From assembly GCA_028534125.1 (NCBI GenBank), contig JAPYYK010000117.1:558001-622000 (forward strand): a stretch of DNA of 64,000 bases, given 5' to 3'. The notes under the pieces were generated by a model, which had not been told where the DNA came from, searched no databases, and saw nothing but the letters and a program-made list of their open reading frames with translations. Of this stretch, positions 24,601-37,914 are shown piece by piece. How positions within the stretch are numbered: the first letter of the stretch is position 1; every line of letters begins with the position of its first letter. The position numbers and the translations under genes are program-made. The DNA comes from Lama glama. Taxonomy: Eukaryota.

Positions 24601-26379
24601 AGCTTGTAAGATTTTAAAAGGGCAGTGAAATACAAAGGCTACTTTAAAAGAATATGGTGACACAAATGGCCTATGTGCATTTAATAATACGTATAATGAT
24701 TTTCACTAAAATATTATTGGGTGAGAATTCAAATGGTTAAAACATTTCTATGTAATTGTGTCATTTTTATAGTGATTATACATTATTTATATAATTAGGA
24801 GTATTCTCATAGTGGACTAAAAAAGAAAACCTAAACATACCAGTAACTTATAAAAGAAATCAGTGACGTTTTTCAAAAACTACTTTCCAAGAAATTGTCA
24901 TGCCTACACCTTCAAAAAACAGATTTTTTAAATTTAATTTTTGTTGCAGTATGGAGAAAGAAGGAAATCTTAAAAAAATTATTTTTATAAAGCCATCATT
25001 ACCTTAATAAGACCTGCCCAAAATAGCACAACAAAGAACATTTGGAATGGGTTAGATTTAGGAATATAGGTTCAAGGATCTTATCTAAAACCAACAATCA
25101 TCTATTTGTACTTTAAAAGAAAAACACATAAAGAGAGGAAAAAGATACGTGTTGAGTGAATTTGGTTGGAAAACTCTTCAGGTATCTCAGCATCAGGAAG
25201 CAGTTCTCATCCAAATCTTTATTTCTAATATAATAAGTATAATGCAAGTGTAGGTTTAATCACTTTCTGTATTGGTAACTGACTTAAGAGCAGTCCTGTT
25301 TGTATCCTGTAGGTGAGCTATTCTGACTTCTCTGTTGACTTAAAAGAGGGCCACCTACTCAAACACCATGGTGTTAAATGCGTTCTTCTGTAGTTTTGTA
25401 GCCTCTGTCCTTACCCTTCTCAGCATGAATGACCCATCCAGGAGCAACCGCATTTTGTAGAAGTATTGATTGTGTTGACTTGTAAAGGCCCCATAATGTT
25501 TTGCCCACATCAAACTCTTGCTCTCTGAATGAAAGAACCATAATTGCCCAACCTCCTGGAAATCTATATGAGTTTTATAGAACTGCAGTTCATGGATCAG
25601 CTTTGTAATAGCACAGAGTTTCATTGGGCTTAACCAGGTGTAGGAAATTGTTAGGCACTTTTATAAACTCATAACATGTGCAAGGACAATAATATGATGG
25701 GTCATTTTATAAGAAAGAAGAAATGGATTAAACACGTCACATTAGTTTTAGTCCCATAGTAAGAGTAAGAAGGGAGGTAAATTTTGCTGGCTGTACTTTT
25801 CTGTCTAACCAGTGTTTTGCTTTGATGGCCCCCTAGACTAAATTTCTTTGCTTTTTTCTTTTTCTATCATTTTTTATCCTTATACTAATAACATGTCTGT
25901 GAATTTCGTAAGCTTCTCAAATCTCTGATGCTTCATTCATATGTGGTTACTGTTGGCCTAGCTTATTTTCACCTCCTCTTTGAATGCTGTCTTTAATTCA
26001 CGTTGGCCTTGTCTCATTAGAGGTCTGGATTTCACCACATTCTCCTGCACTACCTACTCTGGAAGCTTAAGAACTCACTTTATAACCTATGTTCATATTA
26101 CTATGATGCTCTTAACTACTGGGTGGATTCCAAACAGAAGGGGAACTGGAGTTGAGAATTATTTAGTCACTTAACGGCTCTGAAATAAGCATTAGGTTAC
26201 ATGCAACGTCCTGTCCTTACAGAGTGAACATTCTAGTGGAGAGAGAAATTAAAAATATACCAAGCAGATAATGATTTTATATAATAAAAGAGGACTTTGT
26301 AGGTTAGACTCTGATTCCCTCATGAGGTCATTCCAAACATGGACCACCTGAATCCTCCAAAGAGAATAGGATCATTAAG

Positions 26380-26540
26380 TTTCAGAGTTTATGGATTATG
26401 TTGCCTTCTATTCTGACTCCGCCATGTACTGATGTTGTGGCCTTGGGGAAATTGACTTCATTTAGCTTCATGTAGCCTTCAGAGTTTGCATCTTTAAAAT
26501 AGAGGTAGTAGGAACATCTGCTTTGTATGGCATGGGTGAA
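26380..26540 (+). mobile_element. MIR fragment
   Basis: GTGGCCTTGGGGAAATTGACTT..AGTTTGCATCTTTAAAATAGAGGTA. Confidence 0.55.
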
Positions 26541-29151
26541 ATATCTGTTGCCCATAAATGCCCTTTAATGATAGTTGAGCCATCTTTGCATTAACAGATG
26601 AGAGTATTAAGGTATCAAAGTTAGGGGCTGCCGGCAGCAGGGCTGGTGTGCACCCTCTGTGGGCTTTACATTTGTGGACTCTAGTGCGTCCTCATTTGAG
26701 TTTCCACTTGCCACTGTTGATTCTCAAAAGCCTGGGTAACTTGTGCTATAAATGAATCAAGGGGTTTTTGGTGTCCTGACTTATTCCTGCTTCAGAATTG
26801 CTGCTTTTATCCAAAGTCACACAGTTTGATCAGTGCCCTTCTCAGCGGAGGGCTGGCAGACGGGTTATAAAGGCTCCAGCTACCTACGAGGTGTCCTGTT
26901 GCCCACTCCGTTGGGGTATCTATATGCCCTGGACCAGACAGAGGTGCATTTGGTTTCCATAAAGTGTATTCTCTATTTCTCCTCTTCTCCTCTCTTTTTA
27001 GTGTTAAAGCAAATGTAAGTTAGCAAATGTGTGAGGATAAGTCCCCTGGGAGAAGTGGTGCGGTGGGTGGTCCTCTCAGGGCTATTTCAGTCCTGTGGCT
27101 ATTTGGTTCTTAGTCAGAGAGACAGTTGGTGGCACATTCAGGAGTAGAATCCAGTTCCTTCAATTGAATACACTATCTACTGCCTCGTGAGCCACCCCAA
27201 AGACATTAACAACAACATTTTGAGTTGGTTTCAAAAACAGAAACCTCAATCCATGGTCTGAGTCAAGCTTTGGATTCAGAAATACTGAGTTTGCCCTGAA
27301 CTGTTTCACTCTCCCCCTGGGTTTTTGAGCAAGGCTGTGAACTGCTGCTCTTCTCTCATCCCTCATATTAATTACTTGCCAAGAGACCCCTCAGGGAGTG
27401 ATTGTAAAAAAACGAACTAATAAAAAGAGATTAGAACAACCTCTTGAAAATAATATATTGAGAGTATTTACAAATGCTAACTAAGATACGCAGTTCACAA
27501 CATCAAACTGCTTACAGCCCGAGTGCTAAAATTGCTGCTAAACCATTAGGTACAATAGAATTTCCTCCAGTAGCAAATGTTTACTTCCTGTCCTGTTACA
27601 CGCTATTTAACATGGCCCAGTATCAGCATAAAGCTATAATTTGGCAATTGCATTTATGTGTCTAATAACTATTGATGAAGCTGGAATAAAGAATCGGGGA
27701 AACGATGCCACTTTTGTAATGCACATAAGGGGTTTCAGCAAGAGGAAGTCATTCAGCATTTCTGCTGTGTAGAGGGCAGGATGTACTATATTAAGAAGAA
27801 ATAACACATAAAATGATTTCTGGAACGTTGAATTGAGGAACGTAATCAATATCTCTTTTAATCAGTGTTGGCTTGCATTGTGAAGGAAAGGAGTAATTTA
27901 AAGTGCATGATGTTTGTGTCACAGAGTTTAGAGAATTTCAGGAGGCGGAAGAAGCCTTAGATGTATAGGGTAAAAAAAAGTGTGACTCTTACTGCAGGAC
28001 AAGGTCACCGAGGCCCTGAGAGATAAAAGACTTTCTCAAGATTTTGTGGTAAAAATAGATTCAAGTTTGTTCTAGGATTCAGGACTAGAATTAATAGGTA
28101 GATGTTAAATAGCCACATGGTTCAAATTTTAAAAGGAGTTTCTGCAAATTGGATTGCCCAATAATGGAACAAATAAGCTGCTTTTAATAATAGTTAATAT
28201 TGCATTATTACAGTAATCAGTCATTTAACAAATAACCTCCTGACATGAAGTATGTACCCAAAATTCCCATTGGCTGGAAAGCTTGAAAGATTATCATCTA
28301 CATTTTACTCTACTACAGCTCCCTGTATCTTAATATTTTAAACTTTGTTAAGATATTATAATTTTTAGGGATAAATAGAGTTTAAAAAGAATTTGGAATG
28401 TCTTACAAGGAAATAAAGAAAGTGATGGGGGGTAATGGTATTTCCAGAGATCCTCATGTGTTCAGGATATATCCAGCACTTACTTGTTTCCAGTTAGGAG
28501 ACAGAATAAACTGAACTTCTTAAGTCCCTTCCAGCTCAATGATTCAAAAAATGCTGACATTTTAGGGAAATGTAATATGGATGCCATAATATAACATAGT
28601 AGATAGAAAAGTCTGCAACTAAAAGATAAAGCACTTTTATGTCAAATAACATTGTGTGACTAAATCTGAAATGTAAAAATTTAAAAATTGAAGCAATTTT
28701 TAAAACTTCTACTAACAAACATAATAAATTGTCATACAGAAGATGATGAGGAGCAAAGGATATGTTAAGGAAACTTAGGGATAAGCAAACGCCTTCTTGT
28801 ATTAAATGACTTTGCCGGATCTTTAAAGGAGTAATCATGTGTATCCAAAAGAGAGTGATTTCTGGGATCTACTTATTCCATTTTCCCTCACACATATGCA
28901 CAGACATAAGCCCACACATCATCTCAAATATTTTCTTTATGGTTTCAAAACATTGACTGTTTCTAATCATTGCACTTGGTGACTATAATTTTTAGTTAAA
29001 GGTTGAATAGTTCTGAGGTATTGATTCTGCTGTAAGTCATGGTCACTGGACAACGTGATGTCTGGAAGATAATCTGGCATGTAGAGTCTGAGGGAATTAG
29101 CTGGGATTTGTGCTGATGCACCAAATGGTGTAAGTAGACATGCTGACCTCC

Positions 29152-29668
29152 TGTATCTGGTGCTGTCAGCACCCTGTCTGTTTGTCTGAGACCCTTAATT
29201 ATGTTTCTGAGGACTTCCAACCACTATTGCCTACAGCCCTTTTCCTAAGGTCTCTTTTCCTGGAACTCTGGGAAATGGCACTGCCCCTATGTATCAACCG
29301 AGCTTTAAATGCTGAGAACTAACATCCCCTGGAAGTAGCCCCTCCACTAGTGACACTCGAATGATGTTGGGTAAGTACCCTAGCTCCCTTGCCCCTCAGG
29401 CAGGATAACCCTGCAAAGTGTGTTTTACACCACTTTGCACAGTTTCTCTGCAGGGTTGCCTACAATATTAGCTGTGGTAAAAACAGAGAGAAACTTCCAC
29501 AGACGTGAGTAGAGAAGGGTATTGCAAAAATATTATTTATTGGATGTTTTTACTCCTCTGTAAAACGTTCTCACTTTCTTTCTTGCGTTACCTGCACTTC
29601 CTAAATAAACTTGTTTTATTGTAATACTTGTGTCAGAGTCAGATTCTGGAAGAACCCAAACTAAGACA
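29152..29668 (+). mobile_element. ERVL solo LTR, LTR16A-like
   Basis: TG..CA termini (TGTATCTGGTGCTGTCAG / GAACCCAAACTAAGACA), internal TACCCTAGCTCCCTTGCCCCTCAGGCAGGATAAC, AATAAA near the 3' end. Flanks CCTCC (29147-29151) and CATCC (29669-29673) form a degenerate 5-bp TSD. Confidence 0.82.
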
Positions 29669-30039
29669 CATCCCACACCCAGCTGGCAAGAGCAAGCCAT
29701 CCTGAAAGGGTTTTTAGAACCAGCCCTTACTTCACAGTAGTTTTACACATTCCAGTCCCAGTTCAGCCATCTCCCATCACCCTAATAATTGACATCCTGT
29801 AACAATCAATGCCTTGCTGTCAGGAGGCAGTAGGGAGTGAGCTTTAGGGTGTCTTTGAGAGGGTTTTGTATGTTGATGTTAATTTCCTTTTTCTATTGTG
29901 CTGTAATGGGCAGCACCAGACAATTGGTACTTGAAGCCCCTTTTCACATTCTGATTGAGCATTCTGCTGAATGACATGTGTCCTCCCTGAAGTCTAATGT
30001 TTGTACATGGAAGATTGGGCAGAGACTGAATTCATTTAC

Positions 30040-30240
30040 AATATAGCTACTGTGTATGGAACGCTTACTTGGTTAGGCAAAATGCTAAGAACTTTACAGT
30101 CATGATCTGACATACTGGTCATGGCCATTTTTTGAGATAGAGCTGTTATTCTCATTTTACCAATGAGAAACCTTAGTCACAGAGAGATTATGTAATTTGC
30201 TTAGCCAGAAGCTGAAAGCACAGCTGGACTTGGAGATGTT
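30040..30240 (-). mobile_element. MIR
   Basis: TTATTCTCATTTTACCAATGAGAAACCTTAGTCACAGAGAGATTATGTAATTTGCTT. Confidence 0.72.
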
Positions 30241-33204
30241 CTTTATGAAACTTGCCATGTGAACACTGTGTACGTGTTTGATTTTGTGCTTCTAGCCACT
30301 GTCTAATGCAGCCTCTGTAACTAACGGCTATGGGCAACTTTACGTTTCTGTACTCCAACAGTGGGTTACAAAAGCAGTCACCAGGTGGCTCTCACCAGAG
30401 AGAAAGTTCTGCAGATGAGGGGAGGGGTATTGCACATGAGGAATAAAAAAGGGAGGAATGCAGACCAGATTTTTAGGCCCATTTGTGTATCCATTGAGCT
30501 TCTCTGCCCTTGATCCTGAGCGCCCACCCCCCACTCCATTCAAGTGCTCCCCGCCCTGGGCCTCACCAGGGTAGAAACAGTGATAACAGGGCCTTGGGTT
30601 TCTGTTCTGTAATTCTGTGCCTTTTTATAAAGTGGGCGATCTGAATTTGATGGGGGCCAAGGTTCCTTCTTTCACCTCCAAACAAATGTTGTCTTCTTCA
30701 TTGTCCCTAAAAAACAAAAACATCTTCTCAATGACAGATTCTTAATGTCATAATAATGAACACTATTTGGGTTCCTGAGAGACAGGATCAGGAAGGTAAT
30801 CAAAGATTTGGATCAAGCCCTTACAAGCTAAAGCCATTGTTCTGCAAGTTGGTTTCCACTGCCTGTTGTTTATTCCCTATAAGTGGTTGGTATTTCTGAT
30901 TTGAAATGAGATACAGGAATTATTTGAGCATTTCATGAGCTTCTATACATTTTCATAACATTTCAGGATTTTTGGACGGATGGCTTCATCTTATTGTCAC
31001 GGTGTGGAGATTATTTAATGTAGAGAAAGATCTGTTAACATCCTATCTTCTTTTTCCCTAGTGTCTGACAGTGACATGGTTTCAAAGGGATGCTTGATCA
31101 TTTGTAGAGGTAGAGGAACCATCAGGTCATAAGATATAAGATTTCATGCAAATTAGTGAGTGCTGTGTTGTCCAGGAGCTAAGTATCTTTTATCCCTGTC
31201 CCCCACCTGTCCCGCATCTCTGGTGCCAAATGTGAATTCCTATGCCAAAGTGGGAAAGCAGCATTGCCCACCTTTTCACAGGAGCTTTGGATTTTAGCAT
31301 GATGCCATTATTTCTAGTGGAATGAACTTTGAATAAACTCTAACAGTAATAAGCTGATAACCAATAAAATAAATAATTGATTCATGGCAGAACAATCTGA
31401 CTCCTAACGTGATGTTCCCAAGAAGCTTCTGTGTAACTGCCCTCTAGAAAGCCTCAGAAGTTTTTGCCTTTCTTTACTTTTTTTTGCTTTTTCCAAATGG
31501 ACGATTTTTGACAAACAGACTCCTAAGGGCAGTCAAGTGTCAAATACAAAGTTATGGCTGGTGCAGCTGCCTTTGGGATCACACGCTCCATTTATTCATT
31601 ATAGAAAGCTCAGATGCACAACCATGTGGTGCCACTTTGTGTACCTGTCAGTTTAGTTCACTTAATGAACATTGATCATGCTCATTCAAACACTCGCTCT
31701 GATTTCTGAAAGGTGCTGTAGAAACCTTCCTTTCCTCCAGACTGCCTCCGTGGAATACTTTTTGCCAAAAACAAACAAACAAATGTGGCTAAAATGTACC
31801 TTTGATTTTTCAGCAAAAGAGAAATGTTAATTAAAATTTTGTTCTGGTTTTGCTGATATAAATCCAGTATTCAACTACTTAAAACCGAAGTTCTAGTGAC
31901 TTTGATAGTCATTAGATTGCTCCATGGGATATTTCAGGGTTTTTTGCTGCTTTATCTGTACCAAAAGTCTTTTTTTTTTTCCTTCTTTTAAAAATATTCT
32001 TTCTATTATAAAACTTCCTAGTGGGTAGTTTGACTGTTCATAAATTGTGTTGAGTACACTGGTCAGTTGGTGCCAGATTTATTGTCCTACATTAGAGTGA
32101 GAAAATCACTTATTATTTTTCTTACCATTTGATTTTGGCATCCTGTCAAAAATCTCATAGAAGGGATAATTTAGGTTCTTATCATTGGAATACACCATAT
32201 TTTATGAGTGATATTTTTGTTGGCTATTAAGTTATTATGGGGTGCAAATTTAAAAAAATCTGTTCAGTTAGTTTGCCTGATCAAGGGGTGCATTATGTTT
32301 AGAAATGATTTACTCATAGTAGTTGTGTCAGGAGACAATCCTAATCAGGTTTTGGAAAGGGCTGTGCACATTTGCTTTATTCTACGTGTGTTTTTATTTC
32401 AACGTTTGTATTTCTTCTGGTTGAGCTTTTTTTTACATCACCCTGGGGTACAAGTTAGCTGAACAAGACAGATGTGCTCAAATTATGATACAGACTCATC
32501 TAAACAACTTGTGAGTTTTCCAAGTTGCTGATGAAAATTAGAATTGAATCATGATGCCAAGATCTTCATATACCTAACTTTCAAACTTTGATAATCTTGT
32601 GAAGTAAAATGGGCATTCCATCCAGGATGTGATGCACCTTTGGGAAAAAAGAAAACGCTCACATGGAGGCAAGGGTCGGTGTTTGATCTAAGATTCTGTC
32701 ATCCAAAAACATTAAACATGTGTATAATTAAATGTATTAAGGGGTATTAATTGCACCTGGGTCATACATGAAAATTAGAAATGGTTGAAGTGTCTGTATA
32801 TAGGGGAAAAGTTCTAAAAGTTACGGTCCCCACCAACAGTGGTAAAGATAAACCTATTAAAATTATAAGGCAGGTCAGTATGTGCTGATAAGAAGGGATA
32901 TGCAAATCTATGAGAAAAGAAACGTGTAGAATAATATGCACATGATGATACTCTTTGTTTAACAAATAGAAAGAGAAGTATGTCCATTTCTTTATATGTT
33001 TGTAGATGCAGAAAATATGTGTTGAAAGTGAATTCTCTTTTTCTGGAGGAAAATGGGATGTGGAACATTGAAAATGGGATTCTGATACAAACATTTCTAC
33101 TTTATTTTACAAAAATCATGCGTGAAACTGAATTTTGTGTAATTGTTTCAAATTGATTTTTTTTTTTTACGAAGAAAATCCATGAAACAGTGAAATGAGT
33201 CATG

Positions 33205-33780
33205 ATTACCCAGTTAATCCAGTCAACAACTGTTTATGGTACTCATTCTGTGTACAAGTCCCTATAGTTAATGGGAATACAGTGGAGAACAAAGAGGCAC
33301 ATTGGCCTTGAGCTCAGGGATATAAAAATTTACTTTAAAAATACATATACGGAATGGGAGAAAATTTTTGCAAATGAAACCGACAAAGGCTTGATCTCCA
33401 GAATGTAGAATAGATAAACAAGAGTATACTATATAGCACAGGGAAATATATACGAGATCTAATGGTAGCTCACAGAGAAAAAAAATGTGACAGTGAATAT
33501 ATATATGTTCACGTATAACTGAAAAACTGTGCTCTACACTGGAATTTGACAGAACATTGTAAAATGATTATAACTCAATAAAAAATGTTAAAAAAACTTT
33601 TAAAGAAATAAAAAAATGCATATAAATATATACACATACACATTTATTATTATGGAGGGAAAGTACAGGGACTTAGAAATGGTTATAATTATGTGGTCAG
33701 TGAAGGTTTCCTGAGGAGGGCATTTTTGCACCAACATCTGAAGCCTGAATCAGGCTTACCTAAGCAAGGAGGCTATTTAT
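33205..33780 (-). mobile_element. L2 3' region, interrupted by the young L1-derived insert at 33350-33611
   Basis: CAGTCAACAACTGTTTATGGTACTCATTCTGTG..GGGAATACAGTGGAGAACAAAG before the insert. GTGGTCAGTGAAGGTTTCCTGAGGAGGG..CATCTGAAG after it. Confidence 0.6.
33350..33611 (+). mobile_element. Internally deleted young L1 (about 55 nt of ORF2 fused to the distal 3' UTR) with 13-bp TSD
   Basis: 33352-33402 encodes EWEKIFANETDKGLISR (an L1 ORF2 motif) and joins at 33404 to TGTAGAATAGATAAACAAG of the 3' UTR. A-rich tail. TSD AAAAATACATATA (33337-33349) / AAAAATGCATATA (33612-33624), at a TTT/AAAA site. Confidence 0.88.
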
Positions 33781-34149
33781 GAAGTCAAAACAGTGAAAAC
33801 ACAAAAGAAAGAGTTAGGTGAGTAAACATGTAGAGTATAGAATAGAGTATCTCTAAAGAAATAGGCCAGATTATCCAGTCTGCCTGGTCGGCTATACTTA
33901 ATCTGTAATGCTTTGCAAATGGCAAACCATCCAGAAAAATCAGGCAGTAACTCTCACTGCACTAGCAGTGAGCCAGGTATTATTGAAGCCAGTGCATCTT
34001 CGTGTATTCATTTCTGATGCACTTCTGAGACCTCATCCAGTTGAGCTTTCGCTCACTTTTGGGGGCATTATTTGAGTGAACATCTGTCATTCCCCTGGCC
34101 ATTCCCAAATGTCGTCTGAACTCTTTCCTTTCCTCTCTCCATCCATAGG

Positions 34150-34500
34150 CTCCTGCATTCTGTATCCAATAAAATATATATGGAGCACCTTGTATATCCC
34201 AGACGTTGGGAGAAGGAAATATGGCTCTCACCCTATAAGCTCATATTCTATTGGGAAGAAAAAAGACACATACTTAGTAAGTCACAGATAGAGATTTATG
34301 TTGTGGATGAAATTATTGGGGTAGAGAAGGTCTACCTGGTATATTCAGGGAAAGTCTTCACGAAGTGGTGGCACAAAGTTGAGACTTAGTGTTAGAAAGA
34401 GTCAGTTATGGAGAGAATGAAGAGAGAGGGATGTGTAAAAGTCTTGAGCTAGGGAAGAATTTGAGATTGTCCAGGGCCAGAAACAAGGTGCAGCTGAACT
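34150..34500 (-). mobile_element. L2
   Basis: AATATATATGGAGCACCTTGTATATCCCAG..AAGCTCATATTCTATTGGG..TTCAGGGAAAGTCTTCAC..ATGTGTAAAAGTCTTGAG. Confidence 0.65.
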
Positions 34501-35854
34501 GGGATGCCAGCCCCAGGTGTGTGCGTTTCCCGGGAGGAAGCACTACCTGGAACTACTAAAAGCACAACTCTTATTGAGACAGTGGAAGATGGTAGTCTGT
34601 TTTGTAACTACCCAGGCTGGCTCTCTTTATCTCGCAATCATTGAATCTTAGCTGTGGCAGGAATTCTAACAGTGATCTAATCAAATCATCTCCTTGCTGA
34701 ATGTAGTTTGTAGTGAAGGTCTAAACAACTGAAGTTCTCCATCACTACACAGTTTATTTATTTTTTCCTCCCCTCGAAGCTAATTTAGTGACTAACTCGA
34801 AGACTTGCCATCCTTTTCCTCCACAAGGGCGATGCTAAATTCATCTGAAGCACCGTTCCTGCTTACTTATGTATAGTTTCTGCCTTCTGTCTCCTAATAG
34901 AAAGCCCTCTTTATACCCAAGGAATGTTACCAGTTGGGAACATTGGAACAATCATTGTTTTGTGTGGAGCTCTGTTAAATCCTGAAACAAAGGAATAGGA
35001 CCCTCTCCTAAACCATCTTTAGGAAGAGCCTTTTTCAACAGTTAATGTCTCCTGGAATCTGTTTTGGGGATTGTCCAAGAGGGGTCATATGGAGAGTTAA
35101 GCCAGTTATCTAAATGATTCAAAAAGAGCTTAATACTAAAGTGAATCCCCTGCCTTAATCCCATGGTTGTGTATACTGCTAAACACCACTAGTTCCTTTA
35201 ATTAATTACCAATTCAGTGAAATAAGTTACGAAAAACTACATCAGTATATATCTACATGCAATCTCTAATAGAGACAATGCCAGGCTGCCTTTTTAGGGG
35301 TTAGACACAAAACCACTAAAACACAGGAAATAATTTGAGTGACTGTTTTCTCATTTCTCCCGAGGAGTACTCCTGCTGTTCTGGTACTATTCTAGATCCA
35401 TAGGGGAAAAGTTAATTCATGACATTCAAGAATTGTTTCTCTTTCAAGACCACTAAAGAAAGACTAGTAGGTTACTTAAAAGACAGGTACATAAATATAT
35501 GCTTATGTACAATCTACAGAATTCTGGAGAACACATTTTTTATCTATTTATTCTTGTTTTGCTCCCAGAAAACTTGGATCACTGCTATGATTTCCAGCCC
35601 ACTGTAATTAATTCCTGGTTGTCAACGTAAACTCTGCCTTTATTGGCGAAGTAAAGCGTTAAGGCAATCGAAGAGATAATGCAGGTCAAAAAACCATTTA
35701 TATCTCTATTGCAGGCAAAGGCTAGACCCTTCCTAAATGCCTGTTGAGTGAAGTTGAATTAAATTAGTTAGAATTGAATTGAATTGCCTTGAGAGAGCGG
35801 GAGCAGGAGCCAATTATTACTTCATCCTTTGGCCAGTGTTTTCAGCTGAATATT

Positions 35855-36110
35855 TCAACAGTCATTTAGTCAACCAACATTTTGTTGAATGTATACATAT
35901 TACAAGGCAGGCAGAAGCTCAGTTCAGACCGATTCACTGATTTAAAATAAATATGATCCTTAGTTCGTAATTTCTCACAGTGAACAGAGGAAAAAAATGT
36001 GTGAAGCGCCATCAATGGTATAAGCAGAGAGCTCCAGGTAAATGTGAAGGAAAGGGTGGTGGGTGGCGTTGGAGATAAAAACTCAGAGGAGGTAACACCC
36101 GACCAAAGTC
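35855..36110 (-). mobile_element. L2 fragment
   Basis: CATTTAGTCAACCAACATTTTGTTGAATG..CAAGGCA..TCTCACAGTG..CTCAGAGGAGGTAACA. Confidence 0.5.
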
Positions 36111-37774
36111 CTGGCGTGTGACCTTTCTAATCCGATGAGACAGCGAGCAGCATTTCTGTGTAGGGGACTTGTCATTTTAGGATTTACTCTTAAGTGTTTT
36201 CTAAGCTTTTCATTACCTTATTGAATTTTTCTAGTAATCACTTTCTGTTGGCCTCTGATGCTGTGAGTTTGGACACAAGGCATTGCAAAGGAATCCTTTG
36301 TCATCTCAGAGCTTCATGGGACTTAGTTATAACTGCAAAATACAGTGTCTTCAACTCTTGTGGCTGAGATCTATATGGACATCACACATACACACTCACA
36401 CGCAAACACTCACTGAAATTTTTAGTCTCTGCTACATAGTTTAGCGTCTCATATATATTTTAAGCAACTTCATATATTTTCCCTTTTGGTTAATAGATAT
36501 GGCCGTAAATTGTCATTTTGTAAATAAAACACGTTCATTAAACTGAGAGTGTTCCTTAGAACTATACTTTCCTTCTCTTTGGAATTGGCTAAATGATTTT
36601 TAAGATTGATATTTTGTGTGTGAAGGATAAAATGGGGACTTAGAGTTTATAGATCTTGATGTTAACTTTCATTTTCATCAGGTGGTAGAAGAAAGGGTTG
36701 CTACGATTAATTTTCACCTACTTTAAACCTTAAATAGAGGAAGGCGATCTCTGTGACCCTTCAAATGGAGTTAGGTAGAATGTTTGCTTTGTGACATTCG
36801 GTGTTAAATGTTCCTTCATCTTTAACTTTTTCTCTGATCTCTACCTATTTTCATATGAACGGAACCTGTTAATTACCAAAGTGCTCAGACGTATTTAAGA
36901 GTTGAGCACTCCCCAGTCTCAATTCTAGTGAGGAAAAGGGAGACTCTAATAATTAAATCTGTTTAATTGATAATTTCATAGTCTTCTTCCTCTTGAAACT
37001 CACTTGAGCATAAGAAAAACTAGATGCAAATAAATAACTGCTGTACATTTTAGAAGAATAGTCTCTGTAAAGAAACATACTTCATTCATGTTTCTTAAAA
37101 TAAAATGCAGTAAAATAATGTCTGTTAAAAGACTCAATTACTTGAATTCTTTTTTTACAATATGATGAATGAGTTTTTCACTGCCATAAATGCACATTTT
37201 ATGTAAGCTCTTTGTATTGTAAAATTTAACATCTATCATTGGTAACCATCAAAACCCAAATTTCTGAATCCATATATTGTGTTCCAGAGGCCCATTCACT
37301 TAAAAGCAGTTGAAGAAAAGAAAGAAAATCCTAACAAGAAGTTCTAAAAATTTTAACGAACAATGTCCTTTATTCACACTTTCTTTTTGAAATTATTTGT
37401 CAAAATAAGAACTAAAAGACAGAAAGTGAGGTTGTCAGGTCAGTAAATAATGTACATCTCAGAAAACACTCAGCTCAGAGTGGGGTGGTCCATCCCTGGC
37501 TGGCTGAGCAGTTGCAGTCATGACAGGTAGTGGCGGGCAAATGAGTGTAGTAATGGCAGCCGAAGCAGTGTCTGCAGCTCTGGCTCTCACTGGGTGGGCA
37601 GTGTTTTAAGTGGAGTATGTAGACTGGCAATTTACTGATTTGGTATACCTCTGCATCAGGGTCTCTCAAATTGTGCTTCACAGAGAAGCATCTACTGAAC
37701 CTTCAATCCCACTTTTTAGAGAGAAAGGGGCCATTTACTAGATGGAACACTGAAACAGCAAGTACAAACCAGGA

Positions 37775-37914
37775 TATCTGAAAACTTCTTGGAAATGCAG
37801 CTGTCCCAGCCCCACCCTAGACCTACTGAATCAGAAACTGGGGATGGAACCCATCAGTCTATTGAACAGACTCTCCATGTCATTCTGATGTACACTGAAG
37901 CTTGAGAATCATTG
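37775..37914. mobile_element. MER5A (hAT-Charlie MITE), partial
   Basis: GAAATGCAG..CCCCACCCTAGACCTACTGAATCAGAAACT..ATTCTGATGTACACTGAAGCTTGAGAATCATTG. Confidence 0.85.

Noticed and set aside
36880-36910. AGTGCTCA..TGAGCACT stem as a miRNA-like hairpin
   Set aside because: An 8-bp stem is too short and expected by chance.
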